A DNA stretch of 64,000 nt from Octopus sinensis (lineage: Eukaryota), in NCBI RefSeq assembly GCF_006345805.1, contig NC_043010.1, positions 30,132,001-30,196,000 on the forward strand. The letters run 5' to 3'. Positions 1-12,879 of the stretch are shown here, piece by piece. The notes beneath the pieces are model-generated. The model saw only the letters and a program-made list of their open reading frames with translations, ran no database searches and was not told the DNA's origin. Both the position numbers and the translations under genes were made by a program. Numbering within the stretch: the first letter of the stretch is position 1; every line of letters begins with the position of its first letter.

Positions 1-196
1 GCAATACTGCTGATATTGATAGGGATTTCAGTGGGTCAAGTAACAGGTTTGCATCCAGAATCATTTATATTTTAAGCAGAATTGTCTGCTGGGAGTGGAT
101 TTCGTCACTTATTAAGCTTGTGGTGATAACATTAGGTGTAGAACGAATTATGTATCTTTGTGTGTGTATGTGCCTATGTGTGTATCTTCTAATATA

Positions 197-410
197 TAAT
201 AATAATAATAATAATGATAATAATGATAATAATAATAATAATGATAATAATAATGATAATAATAATAATAATGATAATAATGATAATAATAATAATAACA
301 ACAACAATAATAATAATAATGATAATAATAATAACAACAACAACAACAATAATAATAATAATAATAATATTGATAGTAATAATGATAATAATATAATAAT
401 AATAATAAAT
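197..410. repeat. (AAT/GAT/AAC)n trinucleotide microsatellite
   Basis: Direct reading; the overlapping poly-N/poly-L/poly-I ORFs are artefacts of it. Confidence 0.95.
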
Positions 411-845
411 GCCCTGATGCAGTACCAGGCAGTGGCTCTCATGGCTTCTGATCTTAACTGATTGGAAGTGTTATCATGTACATTGTTTTGTCTTGGTATA
501 AAAGATGGGCTACAGCAAATATTCTGCTCAATACCACAGATTTGCTTGTCAGTTGTTTGACCTTAACCAGTTGAGCATGTCCCTTAGTGGCTGACGATAT
601 GTGCATCTCTGATCACGAGCAGAAGTAGTGGGGGAGCATCATGGCCATGTGTTGGGGGGATTCTTTGGGGTTTGAATAATTCACCTCTGGAAACATGGGT
701 GGTTCTTTCAACATCCTTAAACAACCCTTATTCAGAGACCTTTTGAGCGGGATGGGCTACTCAACCTGAAGAAAATTCTAACTGGGCTCCACCTGCAAGG
801 TCATGTGCTGTTTATCTTGATATGAGATCACCATATTGTGATGCA
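411..845 (+). repeat. Dispersed interspersed repeat of unknown class
   Basis: Segment 548-660 (catgtcccttagtggctgac...gcatcatggccatgtgttg) recurs diverged at about 58814-58930. Confidence 0.6.
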
Positions 846-1033
846 TGTGCCTGGTGTACCTTTATCAGACGGGTAGTCATGATGGGTATATTGGGCTTCG
901 TATATTTTACCCCAGTGTCACTTTGATGGCATGCACTGCTCTCTCACTCAATAATAATAATAATAATAATAATGATAATAATGATAATAATACTAATAAT
1001 AATAATAATATAATAATAATAATGATGATGATG

Positions 1034-1086
<53 letters not shown>

Positions 1087-1124
1087 TAATAATAATACAG
1101 TTCTATATTTAAGAGATGAGGAAT

Positions 1125-1260
1125 TATGTACATTATTTACATTTGACGGATATTTGTCCTCATCTTGTTTGTTGGTTAACACAACGTTTCCGCTGATATA
1201 CCCTCCAGCCTTCATTAGGGGTCTTGGGGAAATTACGAAACTGGGTTCTCATTTCTAAGA
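1125..1260 (-). mobile_element. Short PLE pseudo-LTR-type repeat with degenerate hammerhead (core CUAAUGA)
   Basis: Reverse complement matches 15485-15620; flanked by (TAA)n/(TAT)n. Confidence 0.7.
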
Positions 1261-1377
<117 letters not shown>

Positions 1378-1516
1378 CATTATGTATATATGTATCTATA
1401 TATATATGTATATAGCTAAATAGATATATGTATCTATATATCTATATATATATATGTGTGTAAGTAAATTTATATGTATATACGTGTGTGTATAGATATA
1501 AATGTATGTATACATG

Positions 1517-1799
1517 CGCAGGAGGGGCTGCGTGGTAAGTAGCTTGCTTACAAACCACACGGTTCTGGGTTCATTCCCACTGCGTGGCATCTTGGGCAAG
1601 TGTCTTCTACTATAATTTCGAGCCGACGAAAGCCTTGTGAATATATTGGTAGACGCAAACTGAAAGAAGCCCGTCGTATATATATATATATATCCTTCCC
1701 TTCTTTCCTGAGCGTCAAATAATACTTTAATTGTTCCACGTCCTCGCGTTGCTGTGTTTTTTTCTGTTTTTTTCTGTGTTTTCTTGTTTGGATTAACTA

Positions 1800-1848
<49 letters not shown>

Positions 1849-2072
1849 GGTGTATGTGTATATGGTTGTGTGTCTGTGTCTGTCACCCCCATCATCGCAT
1901 GACCACCAATGGTAGTATGCTACGTCCGCGTAACTTAGCGGTTCGGCAACAGAGACCCAAGGAATAAGTACTAGGCATACAAAGAATAAGTCCTGGGGTG
2001 GATTCGCACGTCTAAAGGCGGTGCTCCAGCATGACCGCAGAGAAATGACTAAAACAAGTAAATGAATAAAGA
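1517..2072 (+). mobile_element. tRNA-derived SINE (Octopus OK-like type), interrupted by (TA)n
   Basis: tRNA-like head (ggctgcgtggtaagtagcttg...gggttcattcccactgcgtggc) and tail (ggcggtgctccagcatgaccgcag); homologous to minus-strand copies at 6910-7310 and 32625-32955. Confidence 0.8.
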
Positions 2073-2232
2073 GTAAAGGAGTATATATATATAATCATAT
2101 ATATTCATATACATATACTCATATATATATATATATTATATATATATATATATATATATTCCTATATATTTATATTCATGGGTTTATATAAATTCACAAA
2201 CATATATATAATTCATATATATTTATATCAAT

Positions 2233-2294
<62 letters not shown>

Positions 2295-2405
2295 ATATAT
2301 ATATATATATTATATATATATATTCATATAAATGTATTTATATATATATAATATATATATATATCTTACATTACTCGGTAGTCAAGATAAAACTCTGAGT
2401 TTCAG

Positions 2406-3851
2406 ATGCCGAAGTGGAAATCCACAGAACTTGGGATTATTAGCAAAGAAATTTTAGATAAAATAAATACGAAAATTAAGACCGATACTAGGCTAGTACA
2501 ATGGTCCAATAGTATAGAAGTCGTAGACTGGTTTAAAGCTATTAAGAATAAGAAAAAAGCGAGGTTTACACAATTCGATATTGTTGATTTTTATGCCTCT
2601 ATCTCTAAAGAACTGCTAGATAAAGCCCTCATCTTCGCTAGTGACTTCATAGAAATTAGTACCAATGATAAGGAAATAATCTTCCATGCTAGAAAGACCT
2701 TACTTTTCAGTGAGGACGCAAAGTGGGTAAAAAACACCGACACAGAGGGCGCTTTCGATGTGAGCATGGGTTCATATGATGGGGCAGGCATCTGTGATCT
2801 AATTGGACTTTTTCTCCTAGATACCTTAGGTAAGACATTCCCTAACGTACATTTCGCCATCTACAAAGATGATGCCCTCGCCTTAACAGCTAATACAAAT
2901 GGACCAGCACAAGATCGTTTTAGGAAGGATATTATCCAGTTAATGAAGCACTTCGGACTTAGTATAACTATAGATACTAACTTGACGGTTGTCAATTTCT
3001 TAGACATTTCCTTAGATCTTAATAAGAATATTTATAAGCCTTATAGGAAGCCCAATGATAGACTAAGTTATATTAATGTAGGTTCATGCCATCCCCCTAT
3101 AGTATTCAAAAATTTAGTTAAAAATATTAGTAAGAGGATTTCTAGCCTCTCATCTGATGAGGACATCTTCAATAGCGTTGCCCCAGTTTATAATAAGGCT
3201 TTAAAAGATAGTGGTTTTAGCGATAAAATAAAATATACACCTATCACTAGCCCAACAGTAAAGAAAAGGAATAATAGAAATAGGAAGGTCATCTGGTTTA
3301 CGCCCCCTTACTCACCCGAGGTGGCCTTCAATATAGGTAAATATTTCCTAGCACTGATAGATAGACATTTTCCAGTTAACCATACTTATAGGAAACTCTT
3401 CAATAGACACAATTTAAAAATTAGTTTTAGTTCAACTACCAATTTAAAAAACATAATCAAACATAACATACAAAAAACACAAGAAGAAAATAGCTGTTCA
3501 TGCAGGAATAAAGAATTGTGCCCGCTAAATGGAGCTTGCATGTCCAAGACCATCATATATGAAGCTACCGTAAACTCTATAACCACTAAAGACACCGTTT
3601 CGACGAAGAAATACGTGGGCCTTACAGAGGGTAATTTCAAGGCCAGGTTCAATAACCACATTTTGAGCTTTAGGCACTGGAACAAAAGAAAAGCGACACA
3701 ATTGTCTAATCATATTTGGTCTTTAAGAGATAAAGGTGTCGATTATAACATACAATGGAAGATTTTGGCCAGATGTAAGCCCTATACTAACGACAGCGGA
3801 AGGTGCGGTCTATGCGACATAGAGAGATGGCTTATCTGGAAAGCAGCTTAG
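2406..3851 (+). CDS. PLE reverse transcriptase + GIY-YIG endonuclease; N-terminally truncated, frameshift near the C-terminus
   Basis: FDIVDFYASI (motif A), VSMGSYDGA (B), YKDD (C), CSC..CPLNGAC, IIYEA..KKYVGLTE (GIY-YIG), CGLC; another frame continues LDPTTCLNTRTELFGSCPH to about 3950. Confidence 0.9.
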   Translation: MPKWKSTELGIISKEILDKINTKIKTDTRLVQWSNSIEVVDWFKAIKNKKKARFTQFDIVDFYASISKELLDKALIFASDFIEISTNDKEIIFHARKTLLFSEDAKWVKNTDTEGAFDVSMGSYDGAGICDLIGLFLLDTLGKTFPNVHFAIYKDDALALTANTNGPAQDRFRKDIIQLMKHFGLSITIDTNLTVVNFLDISLDLNKNIYKPYRKPNDRLSYINVGSCHPPIVFKNLVKNISKRISSLSSDEDIFNSVAPVYNKALKDSGFSDKIKYTPITSPTVKKRNNRNRKVIWFTPPYSPEVAFNIGKYFLALIDRHFPVNHTYRKLFNRHNLKISFSSTTNLKNIIKHNIQKTQEENSCSCRNKELCPLNGACMSKTIIYEATVNSITTKDTVSTKKYVGLTEGNFKARFNNHILSFRHWNKRKATQLSNHIWSLRDKGVDYNIQWKILARCKPYTNDSGRCGLCDIERWLIWKAA

Positions 3852-4146
3852 ACCCTACTACATGTCTAAATACAAGGACAGAGCTTTTCGGATCATGCCC
3901 ACATGTGACTAAGTTTCTGTTACGTTTTTGTTCCCCTAAAGAAAACAGATAGAACATACTTTCTATGTTATGTCCCAAGAAGAATTTATATATTTTTATA
4001 TATTTTTTATATATTTTTTATGTATTTTTATATAATTTTTATGACGAAAAATGCGAGCGATGTATAAGTACGCAGGCAAGCAGAGTTATAACAGAGTAAT
4101 TTCCCTTTATTTAACGGTATTATTTCATAACGTTTTCAAATAGCCA

Positions 4147-4207
4147 GATAACCGAAGAGATGGTGTTGTGGATTTCCACTTCGGCATCTGAAACTCAGAG
4201 TTTTATC
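4147..4207 (+). ncRNA. Minimal type I hammerhead motif with variant core (CCGAAGA)
   Basis: gataa-CCGAAGA-stem II-GAAAC-tcaga-GTT-ttatc; U4 is changed to C relative to the consensus CUGANGA. Confidence 0.55.
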
Positions 4208-4320
4208 TTGACTACCGAGTAATGTAACATATTGTATAGATAAATTTCCTCTATTTACATAATATTGAGGTCTCTTTCTTTCTTTTGTTATCTTACCGTT
4301 TTATCAATATAATATTATAT

Positions 4321-4361
<41 letters not shown>

Positions 4362-4821
4362 TATATATGTATATTACATATCAATATTTATAAATATGCA
4401 TATATATATATATATTTATATATATATACGTATATATGTACATATATACTTGGATATATACATATATATTTATACATTTATATATTTATATATACATATG
4501 TATATATTTATATTTATATATGCATATATTTATATATACATATATATATTTATATGTATATATTTATACATACATATATATTTATATGCATATATTTATA
4601 CATACATATATATTTACGTATATATATTTATATACACATATACACCCATATGCACTTATATACACCTATTCATATTTACACCAGCATGTATATACATATT
4701 TACACATACACAATATTTATGTATATATACATTTATATAGACATATATACATATACATACCTAAATATATGTATATATATATATATACGTATGATTATAT
4801 ATGTTCATACACATGTATATG

Positions 4822-4881
<60 letters not shown>

Positions 4882-5175
4882 TTTGTATATGTAAATATGT
4901 ATATATAACAATATATATATTTATATATACATATAAACATATATATACATACATATATTTATATATATATTCATATATATATATAGATATTATATTGATC
5001 TGGAACTAAATTCTTTTTTTAAATGTCTTGCATCGAGAGCTACATTCGGTACGATTCGTTTATTTTTGGTATTAATGACTTTGAAAGTCCCTCCTAGCGT
5101 GTGGCATTTATGTGTAATAATGCCCTCTATATAATATATAATATATAATATATATGTGAATCTAGTATACATATA

Positions 5176-5232
<57 letters not shown>

Positions 5233-5383
5233 CCAATTAAGGACTGAACACGAAATGGACAGTCAACATGCTAGATATAGACGTCAAATCGCCATTCACC
5301 ACAAAAGATTATGTTCTCAGATCAAACTCAACACAAAACCATAGCAATAAACAAGTGAAAAATATACGAAATAAAATAATTAC

Positions 5384-5448
5384 CCTTGTACTAAATTAGT
5401 TTCAGCTGTTATTTTCCGCAAGGAAAACTGCAGCCATCATCAGCATGG
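5384..5448 (-). ncRNA. Type I hammerhead ribozyme motif (array copy 1; one stem I mismatch)
   Basis: ccatg-CUGAUGA-uggcug..uuuucc/ggaaaa..cagcu-GAAAC-uaauuua-GUA-caagg. Confidence 0.75.
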
Positions 5449-5889
5449 TCCGTTATAAATGTAATTTGCTGGACTAGATGCAAACACGATACCGAAATAT
5501 CGCGTGCATGGAGTTCAGCCTATTACATTTGAATATATCTTTCAAATGCCTTTACTTTGGCGCGTTGGAACCCGAGAAAACTAGCCTGCAGCTAATAATT
5601 AGCAGCAGTTAATTTATCGGTTAGAGAACATATTTATTTATATAAAATTAATTAAGGGTAGAATTGATATTTATCAATTAAGACCAGTGGTCTAGCATAT
5701 TAAAAAAGAATCCGAAGATTAAAATATTTATATATACCAATTAAGGACTGAACACGAAAAGTGGATAGTCAACATGCTAGATATAGACGTCAAATCGCCA
5801 TTCACCACAAAATTATGTTTCTCAGATCAAACTCAACCACAAAACCATAGCAATAAACAAGTGAAAAATATACGAAATAAAATAATTAC

Positions 5890-5953
5890 CCATGTACTAA
5901 ATTAGTTTCAGCTGTTTTTTCCGCAAGGAAAACTGCAGCCATCATCAGCATGG
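5890..5953 (-). ncRNA. Type I hammerhead ribozyme motif (array copy 2)
   Basis: Same motif with perfect stem I ccaug/caugg and GUA cleavage triplet. Confidence 0.82.
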
Positions 5954-6555
5954 TCCGTTATAAATGTAATTTGCTGGACTAGATGCAAACACGATACCGA
6001 AATATCGCGTGCATGGAGTTCAGCCTATTACATTTGAATATATCTTTCAAATGCCTTTACTTTGGCGCGTTGGAACCCGAGAAAACTAGCCTGCAGCTAA
6101 TAATTAGCAGCAGTTATTTATCGGTTAGAGAACATATTTATTTATATAAAATTAATTAAGGGTAGAATTGATATTTATCAATTAAGACCAGTGGTCTAGC
6201 ATATTAAAAAAGAATCCGAAGATTAAAATATTTATATATACCAATTAAGGACTGAACACGAAAAGTGGACAGTCAATATTTTAATCTTCGGATTCTTTTT
6301 TAATATGCTAGACCACTGGTCTTAATTGATAAATATCAATTTCTACCCTTAATTAATTTTATATAAATAAATATGTTCTCTAACCGATAAATTAACTGCT
6401 GCTAATTATTAGCTGCAGGCTAGTTTTCTCGGGTTCCAACGCGCCAAAGTAAAGGCATTTGAAAGATATATTCAAATGTAATAGGCTGAACTCCATGCAC
6501 GCGATATTTCGGTATCGTGTTTGCATCTAGTCCAGCAAATTACATTTATAACGGA

Positions 6556-6620
6556 CCATGCTGATGATGGCTGCAGTTTTCCTTGCGGAAAATAACAGCT
6601 GAAACTAATTTAGTACATGG
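6556..6620 (+). ncRNA. Type I hammerhead ribozyme motif (inverted copy)
   Basis: ccatg CTGATGA tggctgcagttttccttgcggaaaataacagct GAAAC taattta GTA catgg. Confidence 0.82.
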
Positions 6621-6856
6621 GTAATTATTTTATTTCGTATATTTTTCACTTGTTTATTGCTATGGTTTTGTGTTGAGTTTGATCTGAGAACATAATCTTT
6701 TGTGGTGAATGGCGATTTGACGTCTATATCTAGCATGTTGACTGTCCACTTTTCGTGTTCAGTCCTTAATTGGTATATATATATTTTAATCTTCGGATTC
6801 TTTTTTAATATGCTAGACCACTGGTCTTAATTGATAAATATCAATTTCTACCCTTA

Positions 6857-6890
<34 letters not shown>

Positions 6891-6909
6891 CATCTCTCTC
6901 TCTCTCTTT

Positions 6910-7310
6910 TTACTCTTTTACTTGTTTCAGTCATTTGACTGCGGCCACGCTGGAGCACCGCCTTTAGTCGAGCAAATCGACCCCGGGACTTATTCTTTGT
7001 AAGCCCAGTACTTATTCTATCAGTCTCTTTTGCCGAACCACTAAGTGACGGGGACGTAAACACACCAGCATCGGTTGTCAAGTAATGCTAGGGGGACAAA
7101 CACACACACACAAACATATACACACACACTTTATATATATACATATATTCGACAGGCTTCTTTCAGTTTCCGTCTACCAAATCCACTCACAAGGCATTGA
7201 TCGGCCCGGGGCTATAGCAGAAGACACTTGCCAAGATGCCTCGCAGTGGGACTGAACCCGGAACCATGTGGCTGGTTAGCAAGCTACTTACCACACAGCC
7301 ACTCCTATGA
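6910..7310 (-). mobile_element. tRNA-derived SINE (same family as 1517-2072)
   Basis: Head aggagtggctgtgtggtaagtagcttgctaaccagccacatggttccgggttcagtccc on the minus strand. Confidence 0.85.
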
Positions 7311-7572
7311 ATATATCTTTTCATTTGTCTTGCTTGCTTACGCTCAGGCGTTTGCTGAATTTCTTTGAGAACAAACTTTTCTTAGTGGTCAGACCATACG
7401 GAGAATACGTTTAGCATATTCGATGTAGACCTAGTAGTCATCCCACTTAATTGTATACAGTATAATTTATATAAATCTTCAGATACTTCCAACATGCTAG
7501 GCCACCGGTTTAAATAGATATTAATCAAATTAACATTGAATTTTTTATCCGAATTATTTAGATTTATATAAA

Positions 7573-7629
<57 letters not shown>

Positions 7630-7789
7630 ACACATACATATATATATGCTGGTCCAGATGGGTTCCCAGCAACCCTCCTCAAAGCGTGTAAGCATGGCCT
7701 GGCAAAACCCCTCAAGATTCTCTTCCAGAGCTTTCTTGCGAATTGCAAACTGCCAAGCAAGCTGAAGGAGGGAATAATATGTCAAATAC

Positions 7790-9260
7790 ATAAAGGGGGA
7801 AGTAGAGCAGATGCCAAAAACTATAGGCCTATCTCTCTGACTTCACACATCAGCAAAGTCATGGAACGGATAGTCAGAAAGAAACTAATCGCATTCCCTG
7901 AGGAAAATAACTTGCTGAGTGATACCCAGCATGGTTTTCGACCAGGTCGGAGCTGCCTGACCCAGCTCTTACAACATTATGACTGGGTGTTGAGGCAGTT
8001 ACTCAACAAATCAAATGTGGACGTAATCTATCTTGATTTTGCAAAAGGTTTTGACAAGGTGGATCATGGTATGCTATGCCACAAACTGCGTGATCTTGGC
8101 ATAGATGGAAAACTTGGAGTGTGGTTACATGACTTCCTGAAAGATAGGAGTCAGGCAGTAGTGGTTAATGGAGCCACCTCTATGAACACACAAATAGTGA
8201 GCAGTGTTCTACAGGGCACTGTCTTGGGACCACTGCTTTTTATAGTGGCCCTCTCAGATATGCCCGAATAGCCACTCTGGCAAGCTATGCAGACAATACG
8301 AAAGTCTCGCAGAAAATACAGAACCCCAGCGATGTTGCACACCTGCAGCAGGAGTTGGACTCTATCTACAGATGGGCTGAGGAAAATAATATGCAGTTTA
8401 ATGCTGAAAAATTCCAGGCCCTGCGCTACCGGCATCCAAAACTGAATATTAAACTTACAGGATACACCGGTCCACAGGGAATTTCAATCCCAGAGCCTAA
8501 GTCTGTGAGGGACCTGGGTATCGACATGAGTGATAATACCTCTTTCCAAGTGCACATTACCAGGATGGTGACAAAGTGCAGACGACTGGCTGAATGGATC
8601 CTAAGAACATTCAGAACCAGAGATAAGGAAACCATGATGGTCCTCTGGCGGACATTCGTCCTCAGCCGCCTGGATTACTGCTCACAGCTATGGTCACCCA
8701 CCAGTGTAAAATTAACAGCGGACCTTGAAGCAATCCAGAGAAGATTCACAAAGAAGATCGTCTCTTTGCAACAGCTCAGCTACTGGGAAAGGTTGAAACA
8801 GCTCAGACTCTACTCCCTGGAGAGAAGACGGGAGAGGTATGCAGTAATATATGTCTGGAAGATCCTGGAAGGAATTGTGCCAAATTTAGGCATTGTCAGC
8901 TACACCAATGCTAGAACGGGACGACACTGTATAGTGCCAAAGATCCCAGCAATGCCATCACGCTTCAGGACCAGCTTCTGCAACAGCCTGGGTTTCAAGG
9001 GCCCACAGCTTTTTAAAATTCTCCCAAAGAGTCTGAGGAACTTGCACAAAGTAGATGTAGAGGTTTTTAAATCAAAGCTGACATCTTCCTGTCGAGAGTC
9101 CCAGATGAACCTACCTCACGGCAAGAGGTGCAAATGAGAGTAGCTATATCAAACTCCATTCTTCACCAAGTGCCACATATTAGAGGAGGTTCTTCGTAAT
9201 AACAGTGTAGCACAAAACGGCAGTGCATCAGCATGGCCGCAGCTCTGAGCTAAAAAAAAT
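7790..9260 (+). pseudogene. CR1/L2-group LINE RT fragment (5'-truncated, stop/frameshift) with 3' UTR and short A tail
   Basis: QHGFRPGRSCLTQL, YLDFAKGFDKVDH, QGTVLGPLLF, YADNTK, VRDLG, SRLDYCSQLWSP, LYSLERRR. Confidence 0.9.
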
Positions 9261-9291
9261 ACATATATATATATGATATATATATATATAC

Positions 9292-9339
<48 letters not shown>

Positions 9340-9355
9340 TATACATATATTTATA

Positions 9356-9392
<37 letters not shown>

Positions 9393-9915
9393 TAGATGTA
9401 TATGTATATATATGTATACATATATTCATATATATAATCATATATGTATATATATTAATATATTTATATCTACATATATATATATTTATATCTTTTTTAT
9501 ATATATTTACACATATGTATATTATATATATATTCATATATATGTATTTTTACATATATACATTTATACACAGACATAAACTCACACACCCATACATATA
9601 TATTTACATATACATATATATATTTATACATGTATATCTATCTATATATATACATGTGTATATATATATATATATATATATATTTATGCATTTATATATA
9701 TACATATATATTTATATATGGATATATATTTATATATATATTTATATATACATATATATTTATGTATATATATATTATATATACATATATATTTATATAT
9801 ATATACGTATATATATGCATTTATATTCTTATATACATATAGTTATACATACATATATATTTATGGATATATATTGATATACACATATACACATATATAC
9901 TTGTATATACCTATA

Positions 9916-9955
<40 letters not shown>

Positions 9956-9959
9956 CAGA

Positions 9960-10897
9960 TGATTGAATTATCTTTTGTTTACCGTTAACATGGAAAATTC
10001 AATAAACAGTTACCAGGGTAGCAAAATTCACGCAAGTAACAAGGATGTAGCGACCTATGCAAAGGTAGAAACTCCGGGTTAATATGCAGTAATCTGTATA
10101 GTATAAGTAAATAAATGGAGTTGAATGCAGGTGTTATTCAAACTCTTACTTTCGACATATGTTTCGAGGACAACATTGGTTTTATTCCAAAGGAATAAAC
10201 GGTGTAAAATTATGTAAACAAGACATTATAACAATTTTGATGACTGCATAAATGATAAACAGAACTCTATTAAGTATTTAAAAAATAACCGTTAGCAGAT
10301 CCGACTTCAAAGGCAGACCCTAGGAAGAGAAGGGTTAAAAAAATAATAAGTAGAGAACAAATAAAGAGGGATATATTGGTTGAAAAAAATGTTCAGAGGC
10401 TTGGATGTAGATTTCTCTATTGAAGTAAAGTGCAAGGTGAACTAAATGTTCAAACTATACAGACTGGTAAAATCACTTATATGAGCTTGCATTTGTAAGA
10501 TCGCTCTATAAGTGTGTTAACAAAGTGATTCTTAGAGAAGAGAATATGGAAGAGTTCAGAGTTGCAAATGTTACAAACACCTTTGCCCTTGTCATAAGGG
10601 AAAGAGATGGACAGGATGAACCAATCTAACTTAAAATTCTTATTGTTGTCTTTAAGATACCAAACCAATTTACTTAGCCCTGTGCTATAACGTTTACTGC
10701 TATCCCTAAAGGAAGAATAATGATTGGAAATTCTCTTAGATAACTGGGAAAAGGACGCGCCAATGTAGAAAAAGACATCGGTACCGCAAGAAATTTTACA
10801 TTGGTATAGAGAATTCTTAATCTTAGAATTATTAGACATCAATTTAATTCTGTTGGGGTTGTCCTCAGAGACCAAAACTATGTTGTTGTTCAATAAA

Positions 10898-10990
<93 letters not shown>

Positions 10991-11430
10991 GTAAAGGGCT
11001 GGTATTAACAAAATTAACGTTGGAACTCTCAGAAAATGAACTTTTATTTAGCAGACTGGTATTATGAGAAGATATAATTTGTGAAAGATTCTTTGTATTG
11101 GAGAAGGCAACTCTAACTATATGAGAATTAATAACTGAATAATATGTAGCATTTTTTTGAAAGTTCTTACCAACCGCTTCACGGAAATGCAAAGGAAGAT
11201 TAGATTTAATTTGCCTTCCACACAGAACAACAAACTAAATAGTTTTCCTAGTAACAGTCAAATTGTAAGTGGTACTATCTTTAAAGAATGGTGAAATACC
11301 TCTAGAGTGAAAAAGTAGGCTTAAATAACGCTTGCCTCCCTTACCTCGTAAAGGAATTTTATCATGTTTTGTGTTGTTTTCAATATTAGAATTATTAGCG
11401 TTCTGTTTATCATTTATGCAGTGTGTTGTC
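9960..11430 (-). mobile_element. PLE 3' fragment (GIY-YIG, N/D-rich linker), same family as 38894-41566
   Basis: ORFs 10477-10893 and 10890-11192 align by eye to the C-terminal part of the 731-aa ORF (LYQC..FYIGAS, VRVAFSNTKNLS, CNICNSE). Confidence 0.85.
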
Positions 11431-11454
11431 AAGTAAAAATATATGAATACATAC

Positions 11455-11521
<67 letters not shown>

Positions 11522-11522
<1 letters not shown>

Positions 11523-11714
11523 TGTTGTGTCTGAGGGGAATCATTCTCTTTTGGCGCCTTATAATGTGTACACCCACCGGTAAAATTCCACTGATTTCTT
11601 TTTTTATTTTTCTAAAATTTTAGGAAAATAAAAATGAAATATGAGGAAATTTTACCGGTGAGTGTGTTAAATTATAAGGCAGTAACAGGGAATGACTCTC
11701 TCCAGGCACAACAG
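11522..11714. mobile_element. Short foldback/MITE-like element
   Basis: Imperfect inverted ends ctgttgtgtctgaggggaatcattc...caccggtaaaatt / aattttaccggtg...gggaatgactctctccaggcacaacag. Confidence 0.55.
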
Positions 11715-12879
11715 AATATGCTTCAACACACGAACTCGCATAAAGAATCTTGCAAACCAAATCCAAAGCGAAATAATATATATATATATAGATAGATAGA
11801 TAGATAGATAGATTCAGATGAATATGGTACTTAAGTTGAGGCACCATAATTTACGGTATTATCCATACAATTTCAAAATAAGGTGATTAAAATGAAAATT
11901 ATTAATTTAATTAATATATAGTTTCTTTTTACCTCAGTACTCCTTTATTAATCACCAGTAAATACCAATTGATCAATCTTCAAAGATACCATCTGATAAG
12001 TTAGTACTTAAGTATATAATATGTATAAATATTAAACTATTTCTAGATTATTTTTTTCCTCCCTCTATTGTGGTAAAAGTTTGGTATATACTCGAAAGTA
12101 TTAAATAAAAACAACTTTTTATCCTTTTGTTAATCTTCTGAATAATCCTAAACTTTTACTTTATACAATATGACAATATTGTTTTAAATATTTTACAATA
12201 GTACCACATGATATTATCAATGGTCTGCTATTGACTTCTCCCTTTAATTGTCAGCTAACATCTTGATTTAAGATTTCCTTTACTAAAGCTCATTATATTG
12301 CTTAAAATAAATATTCGTAGTTTTTTATGACTATACCCACTGTGACTTCTGTCGACTCCCTCATTCCACTTCCTAGCAGGCATCACTCCTTGTTCTTTTG
12401 GCCTTAGATACTAAAAAATTTGATAAACTAGTCTATAAATTAAAACTGACCCCATAAAACAGTGGCAAACAAAATCTGCAACAAGTCTTTCTTCCTGATA
12501 CCTTAGTAGCTTCTAAGCTGAAATGAAGAAATGTTCTTTGTCTATCTCCTTAGCTTCTTGGAGATTTTAGGTAAAATTATACTAATGTGTCCATCTGCTT
12601 TAATTTAATTAAATTTTATGTCTTTATGCAGCCGAAGATTGCTCTGCATTTAAACTGAAGTAATGATTGCATTGTTCAATTAAATGGAGTTGTTTGAAAC
12701 GATCGTATTGAATTACCTCTGGATATCCTTGTTGCTTATTTTGATTTAATTACACACACAGACACACAGACACACACACACATACATATATACATGTAGT
12801 TATGTAAATATATATATACATATATATATATGAATATATATATCAGAAATATTAAATTTCTAAATATCTCATAGAGATA

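Larger units (their letters stand above)
2366..4310 (+). mobile_element. Penelope-like retroelement (Naiad-like), 5'-truncated, with 61-bp inverted pseudo-LTR piece at the 5' end
   Basis: RT+GIY-YIG ORF; 2366-2426 is the reverse complement of 4167-4227; (TA)n on both flanks. Confidence 0.9.
5231..6865. repeat. Array of about 504-bp hammerhead-bearing units: about 2.1 tandem copies, then about 1.2 inverted copies
   Basis: taccaattaaggactgaacacg starts at 5231, 5735 and 6239; inversion at about 6277; copies nearly identical. Confidence 0.92.

Noticed and set aside
1517-1600. tRNA genes
   Set aside because: All tRNA-like segments are SINE heads without a complete cloverleaf
10141-10215. Half hammerhead on the minus strand (GAAAC-AUAU-GUC-gaaag)
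   Set aside because: No CUGANGA found upstream; decayed remnant at best
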